A stretch of 42,154 nucleotides of DNA from an uncultured Draconibacterium sp. (GTDB lineage: Bacteria > Bacteroidota > Bacteroidia > Bacteroidales > FEN-979): positions 1 to 42,154 of the forward strand of contig CAZPWZ010000003.1 in the NCBI GenBank assembly GCA_964590675.1, given 5' to 3'. Of this stretch, positions 1 to 10,479 are shown piece by piece (the stretch's first letter is position 1; the number at the start of each line of letters is the position of its first letter). The notes below the pieces were generated by a model. The model was not told where the DNA came from, ran no database searches, and saw nothing but the letters and a program-made list of their open reading frames with translations. The position numbers were made by a program, and so were the translations under genes.

Positions 1-4
1 GAAA

Positions 5-51
5 ATGTTTGAAATCAAAATCTGAATGTTGGTTCATAAATCTGCCATGTT
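5..51 (+). promoter_or_regulatory. Putative LytTR-type operator: ATGTT direct repeats with 21-bp period
   Basis: ATGTT at 5, 26 and 47, followed by GATCTTTG (weak -7 box) upstream of the LytS/LytTR pair. Confidence 0.45.
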
Positions 52-124
52 CGTTAAACGGATTTTTATATGGTCGCACGCAGACTGATCTTTGTTTCAT
101 GTTTAACCAATTAAAATCAAAATC

Positions 125-1231
125 ATGAAAAAATCAGTAAGAATAATCCTGCATGCCTGTTTCTGGGCTTTGATCCCTTTGACCTATACCTTGTTCAGCT
201 GGGCCACCCAGGCGGATAGTTTTTTTGGTCTTCCCAACAATTCGAAAAGCTATTTTGAGATCCTCTATGATTACTTCGTCAATCTATTTGTACGGCCCGA
301 CATGGGAAGTGAAATGTGGAGCCTCTCCAATCTGACCAACATCGTTGTCAATGTTGTATGGTATATCATTTATCCCGCCATTGTATTCTACCTCTTCTAT
401 GGATATTTTTCACCGAAATTGCTGAAAAAGGGAGGTTACCGAAAATATCTTGCCCCGGCCCTGTTCCTGGTGGTTTTGCCCTATGGCATTGCGAAACTTT
501 CCAGTTACGTGATATTCACGGTGAACGTGAGTTATATTTATTTCCTTAGCCTGACCTATATCATCACCCTGTTTTATGCCATTTCCGGTTTCGTCTTTTA
601 CCTCCTGGAGCGCTGGGTCCAGACTGAAAAATTGGCAAAGCAAAACCTGCAGAGCGAACTGGCCCTGCTTAAAAATCAGATCAATCCCCATTTTTTATTC
701 AATACGCTGAACAACATCGACAGTTTGATAAAAAGCAATGCCGAAAAAGCTTCGGAAACACTGTTGAAGCTTTCTGACATTTTACGTTACATGATTTATG
801 ATACAAATGTAGCCAGGGTGCCATTGTCGGATGAAATCAGCCACATTGAAAGCTATGTTGAACTGCAAAGACTGCAGTTTGTGAACCGGGAACTTGTCTC
901 CCTTTCCGTCAGGGGCAATCCCGGAAATATCCCTGTCGCACCCATGTTGTTTATCCCTTTCGTGGAAAATGCCTTTAAACATTGTACGGATAAAAGCATC
1001 CCCGGTGCAATACAGTTTACCTTTACCATTGATGACCACCAGGTGAGGTTTGAATCAGTGAATGTATCCGACCGTACGCAACGAATCAACAAGGATGAAG
1101 CGGGTGGCGTTGGATTGAACATTGTCAGGAGAAGGCTTGAGCTGATCTACCCCGGCAGGCACACGCTCACCATCAAAGATGAAAACAATACCTTCAGCGT
1201 AACTTTAATATTGAATACCCATGAGCATTAA
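125..1231 (+). CDS. LytS/YehU-type membrane sensor histidine kinase
   Basis: N-terminal TM helices; LKNQINPHFLFNTLNNI, PFVENAFKH and GVGL motifs. Confidence 0.93.
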   Translation: MKKSVRIILHACFWALIPLTYTLFSWATQADSFFGLPNNSKSYFEILYDYFVNLFVRPDMGSEMWSLSNLTNIVVNVVWYIIYPAIVFYLFYGYFSPKLLKKGGYRKYLAPALFLVVLPYGIAKLSSYVIFTVNVSYIYFLSLTYIITLFYAISGFVFYLLERWVQTEKLAKQNLQSELALLKNQINPHFLFNTLNNIDSLIKSNAEKASETLLKLSDILRYMIYDTNVARVPLSDEISHIESYVELQRLQFVNRELVSLSVRGNPGNIPVAPMLFIPFVENAFKHCTDKSIPGAIQFTFTIDDHQVRFESVNVSDRTQRINKDEAGGVGLNIVRRRLELIYPGRHTLTIKDENNTFSVTLILNTHEH

Positions 1232-1922
1232 TTGCATTGTGATAGACGATACCCCTCTTGCTGTTGAAAAGCTGGAGGGGTTTATCAGGCAGGTTCCCCA
1301 CCTGAGCCTGTTGAAGTCGTTCAATAACGGAATTGAGGCCATTTCATTCATGAAAACCAATCCTGTCGGCCTGGTTTTTCTGGATATCCAGATGGAACAA
1401 TTTTCAGGTTTGCAGTTTCTTGAATCGTTGCAGAACCCGCCCCGGATTATCATCGTGTCGGCATACAGTCAATATGCGGTAAGCGGGTTTGATCATTCGG
1501 TTACCGACTACCTGCTGAAACCCTATTCATTTGAGCGGTTCCTGAAAGCTATCGATAAAGTAGAAACGGACCAGGGTAACCAGCCTCCAAACGAGTACAT
1601 GTTTGTAAAGACAGAATACCGGATGGAACGGGTCAGTTTTTCCGATATTTTATACATTGAGGGTCAGGGTGCCTACCTGAGGATCGTGACACAAAAGTCC
1701 AGGATAATGACTTTGCAAAGTTTCCAGAATATGGAAAGCTTATTGCCGCCCGATAATTTCCTGCGCATCCATAAATCATTCATTGTGGCAATGAATAAAA
1801 TTGAGAGCATTGAGCGCAAAAGGATCAGGATCGGGGGCCAGCACATCCCGGTTGGTTTGAGTTACCGCGAGCAGTTTATGAAAAAAATAAACATGAACAG
1901 CTCCGACCATCAGGCATTTTAA
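1221..1922 (+). CDS. LytTR family response regulator
   Basis: REC domain (IDD, FLDIQM, YLLKP) plus LytTR domain (FLRIHKSFIV); overlaps the kinase stop. Confidence 0.95.
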   Translation: MSINCIVIDDTPLAVEKLEGFIRQVPHLSLLKSFNNGIEAISFMKTNPVGLVFLDIQMEQFSGLQFLESLQNPPRIIIVSAYSQYAVSGFDHSVTDYLLKPYSFERFLKAIDKVETDQGNQPPNEYMFVKTEYRMERVSFSDILYIEGQGAYLRIVTQKSRIMTLQSFQNMESLLPPDNFLRIHKSFIVAMNKIESIERKRIRIGGQHIPVGLSYREQFMKKINMNSSDHQAF

Positions 1923-1965
1923 CAATCTGATAATAAACAAAATAAATTTTTATCCACTGAAAAAG

Positions 1966-2898
1966 ATGAAAGCATTTATCTGTACTAGATACGGACCTCC
2001 CGAAGTTCTTCAGCCCAGGGAGGTGGAGAAACCCACACCAGAAGATGATGAGGTGCTGATTAAAATACATGCAACAGCTGTTACAGCAAGTGATATCTTT
2101 ATCCGGGGTTCTCAGATACCTATCCAATATTGGATCCCGATGCGACTGATGATCGGTTTGACAAAACCCAGAAAATCCATCATTGGCCTTGTGCTTGCCG
2201 GTGAAATTGAATCAGTGGGTATAAACATAAAGCGATTCAAGACGGGTGACCATGTGTACGGACTTACCGGGTTTGGACTTGGCGCCTATGCGGAATACAA
2301 ATGCATGAAGGAGACAGATTCGACCTATGGGTGCCTGGCCCTGAAACCAAATAATATTTCCTGGGAAGAGGCGACCGTGGCAGCCTATGGCGGGCTGCTG
2401 GCATTTCAATACATGGAAAAGGGGGAGATCCTGTGCGGGCAAAATGTGCTGATATACGGGGCTTCCGGAACAACAGGAACAACGGCAGTTCAATTCGCAA
2501 AGTATTTGGGGGCAAGGGTTACTGCCGTATGCAGCACAACAAACCTGGAAATGGTGAAATCCCTTGGGGCTGATGCTGTAATTGATTATACCAGGGAGGA
2601 TACAGTAACCCCGGGAGTACAATATGATTTCATACTGGATGCCGTTGGTAAAATGAAAACTTCAAGGTTGAAGGATGCCTGTAAAAAAGCACTTGCCCCG
2701 GGTGGGAAATACGTATCCATTGATGACGGGAGTCTGAAGTTAGACTCCGGTCGTCTTGCTTTAATCAGAAAATTAGTTGAAGCCGGGCATATCATGCCGG
2801 TTCTTGACAAGTGCTACCCGTTTGAAGAGATTGCCGAAGCTCACAGGTATGTTGAAAATGGGCATAAAAAGGGAGGAGTTGCTGTAAAAATCTTATAA
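1966..2898 (+). CDS. NAD(P)-dependent alcohol dehydrogenase / quinone oxidoreductase-like (MDR family)
   Basis: YGPPEVL, GAYAEY, VLIYGASGTTG, LGADAVIDY. Confidence 0.9.
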   Translation: MKAFICTRYGPPEVLQPREVEKPTPEDDEVLIKIHATAVTASDIFIRGSQIPIQYWIPMRLMIGLTKPRKSIIGLVLAGEIESVGINIKRFKTGDHVYGLTGFGLGAYAEYKCMKETDSTYGCLALKPNNISWEEATVAAYGGLLAFQYMEKGEILCGQNVLIYGASGTTGTTAVQFAKYLGARVTAVCSTTNLEMVKSLGADAVIDYTREDTVTPGVQYDFILDAVGKMKTSRLKDACKKALAPGGKYVSIDDGSLKLDSGRLALIRKLVEAGHIMPVLDKCYPFEEIAEAHRYVENGHKKGGVAVKIL

Positions 2899-2908
2899 CA
2901 TTATCACC

Positions 2909-3496
2909 ATGATGTCAGAGAGACAAAACCTGATTAATTTCATTAAACAGACAATGCCAATGTCTGACAATACCGCACAAATTATTGCAGGCAATTTTGA
3001 ACCAATATCTTTCCTGAAACATGACTATCTGTTAAAAGAAGGGAATATATGCAACGAATACCTTTTTCTTGAGAAAGGGTTCATGAGATCATATGCCTTT
3101 GACACAGAAGGCAATGAGGTGACAACTGATTTTTATGGCAGCAACTCCATTGTTTTTGAGGTTGCTTCCTATATTAAGAGAACTTCTTCCCAGGAAAACA
3201 TTCAGGCATTAACTGAATGTTCCGGCTGGACAGGGAATCATACCAGACTCCAGGCATTATTTCAAACCACCCCGGAATTCAGAGGATTTGTTCGGGCTGT
3301 TTTAGTAAACAGTTTTATTGCTTTAAAAGAGAGAACACTGTCAATGATTAACCTTACAGCCGAAAAAAGGTATGAGTCATTACTGAAGTCCAGGCAGGAA
3401 ATTATTCAAAACGCTTCTGTTAAACACATTGCTTCATACTTAGGGGTAACAGACACATCGTTAAGCAGAATCAGAAAAGAAATTGCTTTTAAGTAA
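2909..3496 (+). CDS. Crp/Fnr family transcriptional regulator
   Basis: cNMP-binding fold (LLKEG, FLEKGFMRSY) and C-terminal HTH IASYLGVTDTSLSRIRK. Confidence 0.9.
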   Translation: MMSERQNLINFIKQTMPMSDNTAQIIAGNFEPISFLKHDYLLKEGNICNEYLFLEKGFMRSYAFDTEGNEVTTDFYGSNSIVFEVASYIKRTSSQENIQALTECSGWTGNHTRLQALFQTTPEFRGFVRAVLVNSFIALKERTLSMINLTAEKRYESLLKSRQEIIQNASVKHIASYLGVTDTSLSRIRKEIAFK

Positions 3497-3499
3497 TTT

Positions 3500-3515
3500 C
3501 CTGTCAAATGGCAGG
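3500..3515. promoter_or_regulatory. Imperfect palindrome, probable operator of the adjacent Crp-family regulator
   Basis: CCTGTCA-AA-TGGCAGG directly after the regulator stop, upstream of AACATTTG and ATG 3571. Confidence 0.5.
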
Positions 3516-3570
3516 TGTTGCTTCAGATAAAAGCCTGAACATTTGCAATATTATTAAACTGAAGACTGAT

Positions 3571-5541
3571 ATGGTTAACAGACAGGATAAAGAGCGAAGA
3601 TTTTGGGATTGGTTTGCAAATTACTACGACTCTTTCATAAATAATGTTTTCAGAAAAACATATAAAACCTTACTTGAAAATATCGATTCAGACCTGAACC
3701 TAAGTCATGATGTTCTTGAGATAGGAACCGGAACAGGGATTATTCCTTTTTCAATATACTCAGAAGTATCTTCTGTCATTGCAACAGACATTTCACCCGG
3801 GATGGTACGCATAGCAAATCAAAAATTACTGGAATCAAAAATCACAAACCTGGATTTTCAAATCCAGGATTCATATAACCTCACATTCCCGGATAAATCA
3901 TTTGACGTAGTGATCGCTTCCAATGTGTTCCACCTGCTTTACGAACCGGAAAAGCCATTAAAAGAAATTGGCAGAGTGATGAAAGACAACGGAATTTTTA
4001 TTGCCCCGACGCTTTGTGTTGGTGAAAATACCAAAAGCAAAATCATCGCAACAATAATTGGCTCATTGAGTGGGTTTAAGGTAGTCAATAAATGGAGTTT
4101 TAAAGAGTTAAAAAGCCTGTTGACTAAAAATGGATTTGACATTTATAAAGAATCAAGGATTGAGGGTCGATTGCTGACAGCTTATTTCGTGATGAAAAAA
4201 CAACAGTGCGTTGTACCCGACCACAAAATACCCGCAAGCCGGGTTTCAGAGGTTCACGGATATGAAATTAATAAATTCAAAAGAAATACATACATGAAAT
4301 CAACATTGTTATTTTTAGCCCTTTGCCTATGCACAGCATCGTTATTTTGCCAGACGAGCTCAGGCAGGTATGACGTTCTTATACGGAAAGCAGACTCTTT
4401 GTATCAGGTAAAAGAGTTTGAGAAATCTGCTTTTGCATTTTCCGATGCATTTAAAGCAACTGATTCCAGAATAACAAGAACCCACCGTTACAATGCCGCT
4501 TGTTCATGGGCTTTGGCAAACTACCCCGACAGCGCATTTTTTTATTTAAATTATGTTGCAATGAACATGAATTACACGGATTACGGGCATATTAAGGGAG
4601 ATCCTGATTTAAAATCACTTCACAGTGATAAAAGATGGCAATCATTTACTAAGCTGGTTAAAGCAAATAAAGACATTGCTTATGCCAATATAGACTTCAT
4701 AACAGTTAACGGGTTCAAAGTTGAGGTATTGACTTCCGGGATGCAAAATAATAAACCAAATAAACCTGCGGTTGTTTTCGAAAATGGAATGGCAGGCAGT
4801 TTTGGAAGCTGGGACATTGTAGCGGAAGAAATCTCCAAAACGAATGCAGTGTTCCGGTACAATCGTCCAAGAATCGGAGAATCGGAAAATGACAGCCTTC
4901 CGCCCACGACCGCACATATTGTTGATAACCTGAGAAAAATGCTTTTGCAAAAAGGGCTGAAACCACCTTACTTATTGGTTTCTCATTCATTTGGCGGAGC
5001 CTATATCAGGAGTTTTGCCTCCCTTTATCCGGGGGAAATTGCGGGTCTTGTTTTTGTGGACCCTATTGACTTTACGCAAAAAGAAGGGGACGGCGATCTG
5101 CCTTACCTCGAAATTGGATTGACCCAACATCAGATTGATTCAATTTTTGGAAAACCGTATGATAATTTTATAGAGAGACTTTATGAAGAAATGCCTGCTT
5201 TCTATGTTGAGGAGGTCAAAATTTCAAGGTCGTTATACAACAGCGAGTTTAAAGAATGTGACAGCAATCCTTTGCCCGATGTGCCTGTGCATTTTATTAA
5301 GGCAGGGGGGTATACTTCAGGATCAAATGAAGCACCTGGCATTTATGACAAGGAGAAAATGTGGAGAATTGACAATAATCTGAAAATGAAACGGTGGCTT
5401 GCACTTATTGACCCCTTGAAATATGGAAAGTTCTTCTATAGTTCGCAATCCGGCCACTACATTCAGCAGGATGACCCCGATCTGGTAATTTCAAGTATTA
5501 AACTGGCTTTGCGGGATTATGATAAAATCAAAAAACAATAA
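3571..5541 (+). CDS. In-frame fusion of class I SAM methyltransferase (3571-~4200) and a secreted TPR-like + alpha/beta hydrolase (own start 4294)
   Basis: VLEIGTGTG and FDVVIA methyltransferase motifs; internal signal peptide MKSTLLFLALCLC at 4294; YNAACSWAL; SHSFGG nucleophile; SGHYIQ. Confidence 0.8.
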   Translation: MVNRQDKERRFWDWFANYYDSFINNVFRKTYKTLLENIDSDLNLSHDVLEIGTGTGIIPFSIYSEVSSVIATDISPGMVRIANQKLLESKITNLDFQIQDSYNLTFPDKSFDVVIASNVFHLLYEPEKPLKEIGRVMKDNGIFIAPTLCVGENTKSKIIATIIGSLSGFKVVNKWSFKELKSLLTKNGFDIYKESRIEGRLLTAYFVMKKQQCVVPDHKIPASRVSEVHGYEINKFKRNTYMKSTLLFLALCLCTASLFCQTSSGRYDVLIRKADSLYQVKEFEKSAFAFSDAFKATDSRITRTHRYNAACSWALANYPDSAFFYLNYVAMNMNYTDYGHIKGDPDLKSLHSDKRWQSFTKLVKANKDIAYANIDFITVNGFKVEVLTSGMQNNKPNKPAVVFENGMAGSFGSWDIVAEEISKTNAVFRYNRPRIGESENDSLPPTTAHIVDNLRKMLLQKGLKPPYLLVSHSFGGAYIRSFASLYPGEIAGLVFVDPIDFTQKEGDGDLPYLEIGLTQHQIDSIFGKPYDNFIERLYEEMPAFYVEEVKISRSLYNSEFKECDSNPLPDVPVHFIKAGGYTSGSNEAPGIYDKEKMWRIDNNLKMKRWLALIDPLKYGKFFYSSQSGHYIQQDDPDLVISSIKLALRDYDKIKKQ

Positions 5542-5608
5542 AAGAAACCTGCTGCCTCCCCGACGCTTTTTGGCAGCAAATGTCAGGCGTAAATTTTATA
5601 ATTCTGCC

Positions 5609-6889
5609 ATGAAATACTTATTAACGTTTTTAATTTGGTCAATTTCTGTTGCAGTTATCGGGCAAAACAAATTTGGGGTCAATTTAAGTGAACTGGCACA
5701 ACCAGATAATAATATGACTCAATTAAACAAATTTGGACAGAGCAGATTATTTAAAATAGTTTTAACCGGTAGTATGGATACTATAGCCAACAACGATATT
5801 ATTACCCAGCTATCGCAATGGTTTATAAATCAGGGTTCCAGAATCTATATGGTAGATGTTAATGATGTCAGCAAGTTAGAGGATAGTTGCCATTACCTTA
5901 TTATTGGGTTAACCAGTAAGTTAAAAGATCTGTCGATTTTTGATTTGCCCATAAGCATTAACGATAACAAATGTACCCTTGGAACTATTGAACTTACAGG
6001 TAACGATGATGCAATTGCACTGATTAATGAAAAAGCACGATGTTCAGCTGTTATTGGTACTTCATATGCAGCTTTAAGGAATATATCTTTTGGACGTTTT
6101 ATAGGATTATATGATTACTATATTCTCAAAAATAATAAAATGAGCTACCTGGGTAATCTAAAGGAAAATAAATTTATCCCCGATAGCCTTGTGGATTTAG
6201 CACTCATTCGAAATAAAAATTATTCTCAAAAAATTGATAACAATTATATAGAAGCTTGTTTTTCTTGTAAATACAATACTATTAGTCAGTTTAAAAGTTC
6301 AATTGATACTTTAATAGATTCGTTTAATGATTTTTGCAGGATTTATAAAGTAAAGAAACCATCTCAAAAACTAAAATTCTTTATTCATTGGGATCAATTA
6401 GAAATAAATATTGTCAGTGGTGACCCAAAACCTGGTTCTACCGGAGGATTAGTAATCGACAGTCTGATTCATACCGTGGGAATGGATAGAGAATTGCTTT
6501 CACATGAAGGGATTCATTTTATATTCAATTATAATTTGAGGAGTCCAAATGCTTTTTTTAACGAAGGGATTCCTTCGTCATTTGCATTATTTCAACATCC
6601 TGACCGGATTACGAGTGATTGCAAATTAATTCAGGACAACCTGGATATTAAGGACTTAATAATCGGAAAAACAGAATTCTGGAAAGGCACATATAAGAAT
6701 GGACAATGTTTATCATACCCGATATCAGGCCTTTTTATTAAATTTCTGATTGATACATATGGTATCGATGAGTTAAAGAGATTTTATCTGTATACTGACA
6801 TAACAGAAGGTTTTAAAGCTGTTTATAATTTGGAACTCCACATGATAGTTGCGAAATGGGAAGATTATGTACTGAAAAATATTGAATAA
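5609..6889 (+). CDS. Secreted protein with HExxH zinc-peptidase (gluzincin-like) motif
   Basis: Signal peptide MKYLLTFLIW; LSHEGIH followed by FFNEG. Confidence 0.65.
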   Translation: MKYLLTFLIWSISVAVIGQNKFGVNLSELAQPDNNMTQLNKFGQSRLFKIVLTGSMDTIANNDIITQLSQWFINQGSRIYMVDVNDVSKLEDSCHYLIIGLTSKLKDLSIFDLPISINDNKCTLGTIELTGNDDAIALINEKARCSAVIGTSYAALRNISFGRFIGLYDYYILKNNKMSYLGNLKENKFIPDSLVDLALIRNKNYSQKIDNNYIEACFSCKYNTISQFKSSIDTLIDSFNDFCRIYKVKKPSQKLKFFIHWDQLEINIVSGDPKPGSTGGLVIDSLIHTVGMDRELLSHEGIHFIFNYNLRSPNAFFNEGIPSSFALFQHPDRITSDCKLIQDNLDIKDLIIGKTEFWKGTYKNGQCLSYPISGLFIKFLIDTYGIDELKRFYLYTDITEGFKAVYNLELHMIVAKWEDYVLKNIE

Positions 6890-6996
6890 TTACTGTACCC
6901 TGCATGCCGTTGGGTGTTAATGTAAAAAATGACTGTGCAACCTGAAATAAATGATGAATTTACTCAAATGGTTATTCAGGGCGAAAAACAACAAGG

Positions 6997-8187
6997 ATGA
7001 ATAAAATATTGTTATCGGTTATCATCTCTTATTTGCCCGTTTGCCTGTGGGGACAATCCGATACGGGTTATCTGCGCAGAATATATGAAAATCTGAAGCA
7101 AATCAAGTCTGCGTCATATTACTGGGATCAGTCGGCCAGTGCCCCTTATGACACGATTCCTTCAGTGAGTTATAATGTCTTTAAAAATGAGTTTGACAAC
7201 CCGGAAGACAAATATGTCGGGGCAAGCATTGCCAGTTTTCAATTGGAAGATACAACCAAACTGGTTTATTTCTATGATGGTAAGGTTCAGTCATATCTGG
7301 ACTGGGAAAACAAAACAATACCCGTTGATAGTTTTCAAAATAACCGGTACCCCTATAGGATTGTTTATCCTCCATTTTTTACCCAGGTAAAATGCCTGTT
7401 GAAATATTCGATGGAAACTACTGACAGTAAAATTATTCAGGTACTTGACTTTGGCGATTCTGCTTTAATCAGCTTGTCAGTTTACGACAAATTGGTTGAA
7501 GTAGTTGGCAATAGCATTGTTTACGCCGATCCGGCCGGTTTAACAGAGGATAAATGGACAAAGTACGATATTTGGATTAACAAAGTGAATCATTTTCCCT
7601 ACCGGCTGATCAAAAGATTCCCGGACAGGGTATGTTGGGAGGTATGTAAAGACATAAAAATCAATACCACTGATAAAAAATCTTTTATCGCTTCGGAATA
7701 TTTTCCTCCCGACTTTGTAATAAGGTCCAATGAAAATAAAAAGACCATTGAGAAAAACCTGGTTGGGACTGTTGCTCCCGGTTGGAAACTGAAAGATACG
7801 GATAACAATGAAATCGCCTTGCATGATTTGAAAAGCAAAGTCCTGATAATTCAATTTACCGGTATTGGATGCGGGCCATGCCTTCAATCAATTCCATACC
7901 TGGTAAAACTCAGGGATCAATTTAATCGTGAGGAATTTGACATCATTAGTATCGAAACCTGGAACTACAATATATCTGTTATAAAGAAGCATGTTTCAGG
8001 CAATCATATTCATTATAAATACCTGATTTGCAGCCATGAGGTAAAGCAAAAATATAGCATACAATCCGTGCCAAAATTCTTTGTTTTGGATGAAAAAAGA
8101 GTGATCAGAAAAATCATTACCGGCTTTGACAAAGAAAAAACCTATGTCGAACTGAAGAAAACAGTGAACCAATTAATAAATGAATAA
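6997..8187 (+). CDS. TlpA-family disulfide reductase / AhpC-TSA domain protein, secreted
   Basis: Signal peptide; C-terminal APGWKL...CGPC...SVPKFFVLD thioredoxin fold. Confidence 0.85.
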   Translation: MNKILLSVIISYLPVCLWGQSDTGYLRRIYENLKQIKSASYYWDQSASAPYDTIPSVSYNVFKNEFDNPEDKYVGASIASFQLEDTTKLVYFYDGKVQSYLDWENKTIPVDSFQNNRYPYRIVYPPFFTQVKCLLKYSMETTDSKIIQVLDFGDSALISLSVYDKLVEVVGNSIVYADPAGLTEDKWTKYDIWINKVNHFPYRLIKRFPDRVCWEVCKDIKINTTDKKSFIASEYFPPDFVIRSNENKKTIEKNLVGTVAPGWKLKDTDNNEIALHDLKSKVLIIQFTGIGCGPCLQSIPYLVKLRDQFNREEFDIISIETWNYNISVIKKHVSGNHIHYKYLICSHEVKQKYSIQSVPKFFVLDEKRVIRKIITGFDKEKTYVELKKTVNQLINE

Positions 8188-8332
8188 AATCAGCATGAAC
8201 AATTTTAATAAAACAGCCAATCCGATAAATTTGAATTCTATATGGAAAAAATGAAAGCCTGCAGATAACGAAAGCATAACGTTAGCATCTATAAGAAAAC
8301 TGGATGAAAGTAGAAATTCATAACAGATAAAT

Positions 8333-9820
8333 ATGAAAAAGAAGATAATAATAATCGGTGGTGGAATTGCCGGCTTATCTGCCGGAATTTATTCAGCAAT
8401 GAATGGTTTTGATACTGAAATTATTGAAATGCACAATGTAGCCGGTGGGCAATGCACAGCCTGGGAACGTAAAAAATATCGTTTCGATTATTGTTTGCAC
8501 TGGTTGGTAGGTACTTCGAAAGGCGCTTTTCATGAAATATGGAAAGAAACCAATGTAATTAATAATGAAACCGAAATAATTGACCACGAAGTTCATTCTC
8601 AACTATTTGATAAAGACAGAAATAAATTTATTATTTATACAAATATAGACCGATGGGAAAAATACCTTCTCGAAATGTCACCGGAAGATAAAAAATCCAT
8701 CCGGAGAATGTGTAACGATATGCGCAAAAGCGCTTTATTAGAACCTTTTGCGTTACCGCCCGAGCTTCGCAGTCCGCTTGACTATATCAGAATTATTCCG
8801 GTAATGTTTCCCATTTTTAATCTGGTTCGAAAATTCGGAAGGTTAACCTGCAAAGAGTATTTTGATAAACTTGACTTCAAAACTGAAAAAATAAAATCGT
8901 TTTTTCATGGATTGTATGGCGAAAGAAATTTTTCCGCATTGGGTTTTATTTTTATGCTTGCCTGGTTTAATCAAAAAAATGCAGGCTATATAAAAGGTGG
9001 TTCTTTTCCCCTGGCTCAAAGAATGCTGGAAAAATTCGAAAGGCTTGGCGGGAAAATTTCATACAACAAAAGCGTTGAAAAAATTATTGTTGAAAACAAC
9101 ATAACTAAAGGTGTAATTCTAACTGGTGGAACAAAAATTTTATCCGATTATGTTATTAGCACTGCCGATGGTTTTACTACTATCTATAAAATGCTGGAAG
9201 GTAAATACATTTCTAAAAAAATTGATTTTGCCTATAAAAATTGGGAATTATTTACACCGCTTGTCCAGGTTTCGTTTGGAATAAATAAAGTTATTGAATA
9301 TGTATCTCCAATTACAATAAATATTTCAAAAGGTCTGAAAATTGGAAGAACCCAATTGGAATACGGCTATTCGATAATGAATTATTCGTATGACACAACG
9401 ATGGCACCCGAAGGAAAAACATCCATTGTAATGCGCTACGATAGCCCCTGGAAACTTTGGGAAAAATTGGAAGGAGATGAATATAAAAATGAAAAACTTC
9501 AGATTGAAAAAGATGCCACCGGATATTTGGAATTAGAATATCCGGGTATTACTGAATATATTGAAGTAATTGATGTAGCCACACCGAAAACCGATGTTCG
9601 TTTTACAGGAGTAAAAGATGGAGCTTACGAAGGATTTATGCCTTCAAAGGAAAATATGATGAAATCATTGGATATGCAGCTTCCTAAACTTAAAAATTTC
9701 TTTATGGCAGGACAATGGCTATTCCCGGGCGGCGGACTACCTCCATCAGCACAAACAGGTAAATGGTCAGTTCAATTGATTTGTAAAAAAGAGAAACAGG
9801 ATTTTATCTCAAATAAATGA
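8333..9820 (+). CDS. FAD-dependent oxidoreductase, phytoene desaturase family
   Basis: IIIGGGIAGL, GGQCTAW, DVATP, FMAGQW.PGGG. Confidence 0.88.
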   Translation: MKKKIIIIGGGIAGLSAGIYSAMNGFDTEIIEMHNVAGGQCTAWERKKYRFDYCLHWLVGTSKGAFHEIWKETNVINNETEIIDHEVHSQLFDKDRNKFIIYTNIDRWEKYLLEMSPEDKKSIRRMCNDMRKSALLEPFALPPELRSPLDYIRIIPVMFPIFNLVRKFGRLTCKEYFDKLDFKTEKIKSFFHGLYGERNFSALGFIFMLAWFNQKNAGYIKGGSFPLAQRMLEKFERLGGKISYNKSVEKIIVENNITKGVILTGGTKILSDYVISTADGFTTIYKMLEGKYISKKIDFAYKNWELFTPLVQVSFGINKVIEYVSPITINISKGLKIGRTQLEYGYSIMNYSYDTTMAPEGKTSIVMRYDSPWKLWEKLEGDEYKNEKLQIEKDATGYLELEYPGITEYIEVIDVATPKTDVRFTGVKDGAYEGFMPSKENMMKSLDMQLPKLKNFFMAGQWLFPGGGLPPSAQTGKWSVQLICKKEKQDFISNK

Positions 9821-10479
9821 ATAAGATTATATTTTTTCTTTTTATCCTGATGTTAGCCTCTTGCAAGAAAGAAAATATAAACAAATTTTCAACTTGCAAC
9901 GAAACGATTTTTTCCAGTTGTGATGGTTCAAGTAATGCAGCTTTTTGTTTGTTCGGTATTCAATGGGATAGTACCAATTCCAGACAAATTCAATTATCAG
10001 ACTCAGTGTTACAGACTGAATTAACATACTCGTTTTTAGAGTCAGGTTATTCATTTAACACACATTCAGAGGAAAATGTTATCAGTTTATCTTTTGATCA
10101 GGTAATCAATTGTTCTAAACAAAGTATCAGGGATGCCTTTTCAGAATGGGAGTCTGTTGCACCTTTAAAATTTATTGAAGACACAAATAATAACAGGGCC
10201 AATATAAAGATCGTAATTGCAAACATATCTCAGGGTGGACTGGGATATCCGCCCTATGCAAACGAACCTTGTAAGGAGTTGGCAGGCTTGCTGGTTATCA
10301 GGCCAATCGCTAACTCAACATGTGATTCATATTATTACCTGGCATTGCATGAGACGGGTCACATCCTGGGATTAGGGCATGTTCTCAGCAACAATGTCAT
10401 GAATCCCGACAAGTATTATTATAAAAAGCTTCAGCAGGGAGATATTCAGGGGATACAAACAATTTACGGAAAGAGATGA
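9817..10479 (+). CDS. Matrixin (M10) metalloprotease lipoprotein
   Basis: Lipobox LASC; HETGHILGLGH and Met-turn VMNP; DIQGIQTIYG. Confidence 0.88.
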   Translation: MNKIIFFLFILMLASCKKENINKFSTCNETIFSSCDGSSNAAFCLFGIQWDSTNSRQIQLSDSVLQTELTYSFLESGYSFNTHSEENVISLSFDQVINCSKQSIRDAFSEWESVAPLKFIEDTNNNRANIKIVIANISQGGLGYPPYANEPCKELAGLLVIRPIANSTCDSYYYLALHETGHILGLGHVLSNNVMNPDKYYYKKLQQGDIQGIQTIYGKR

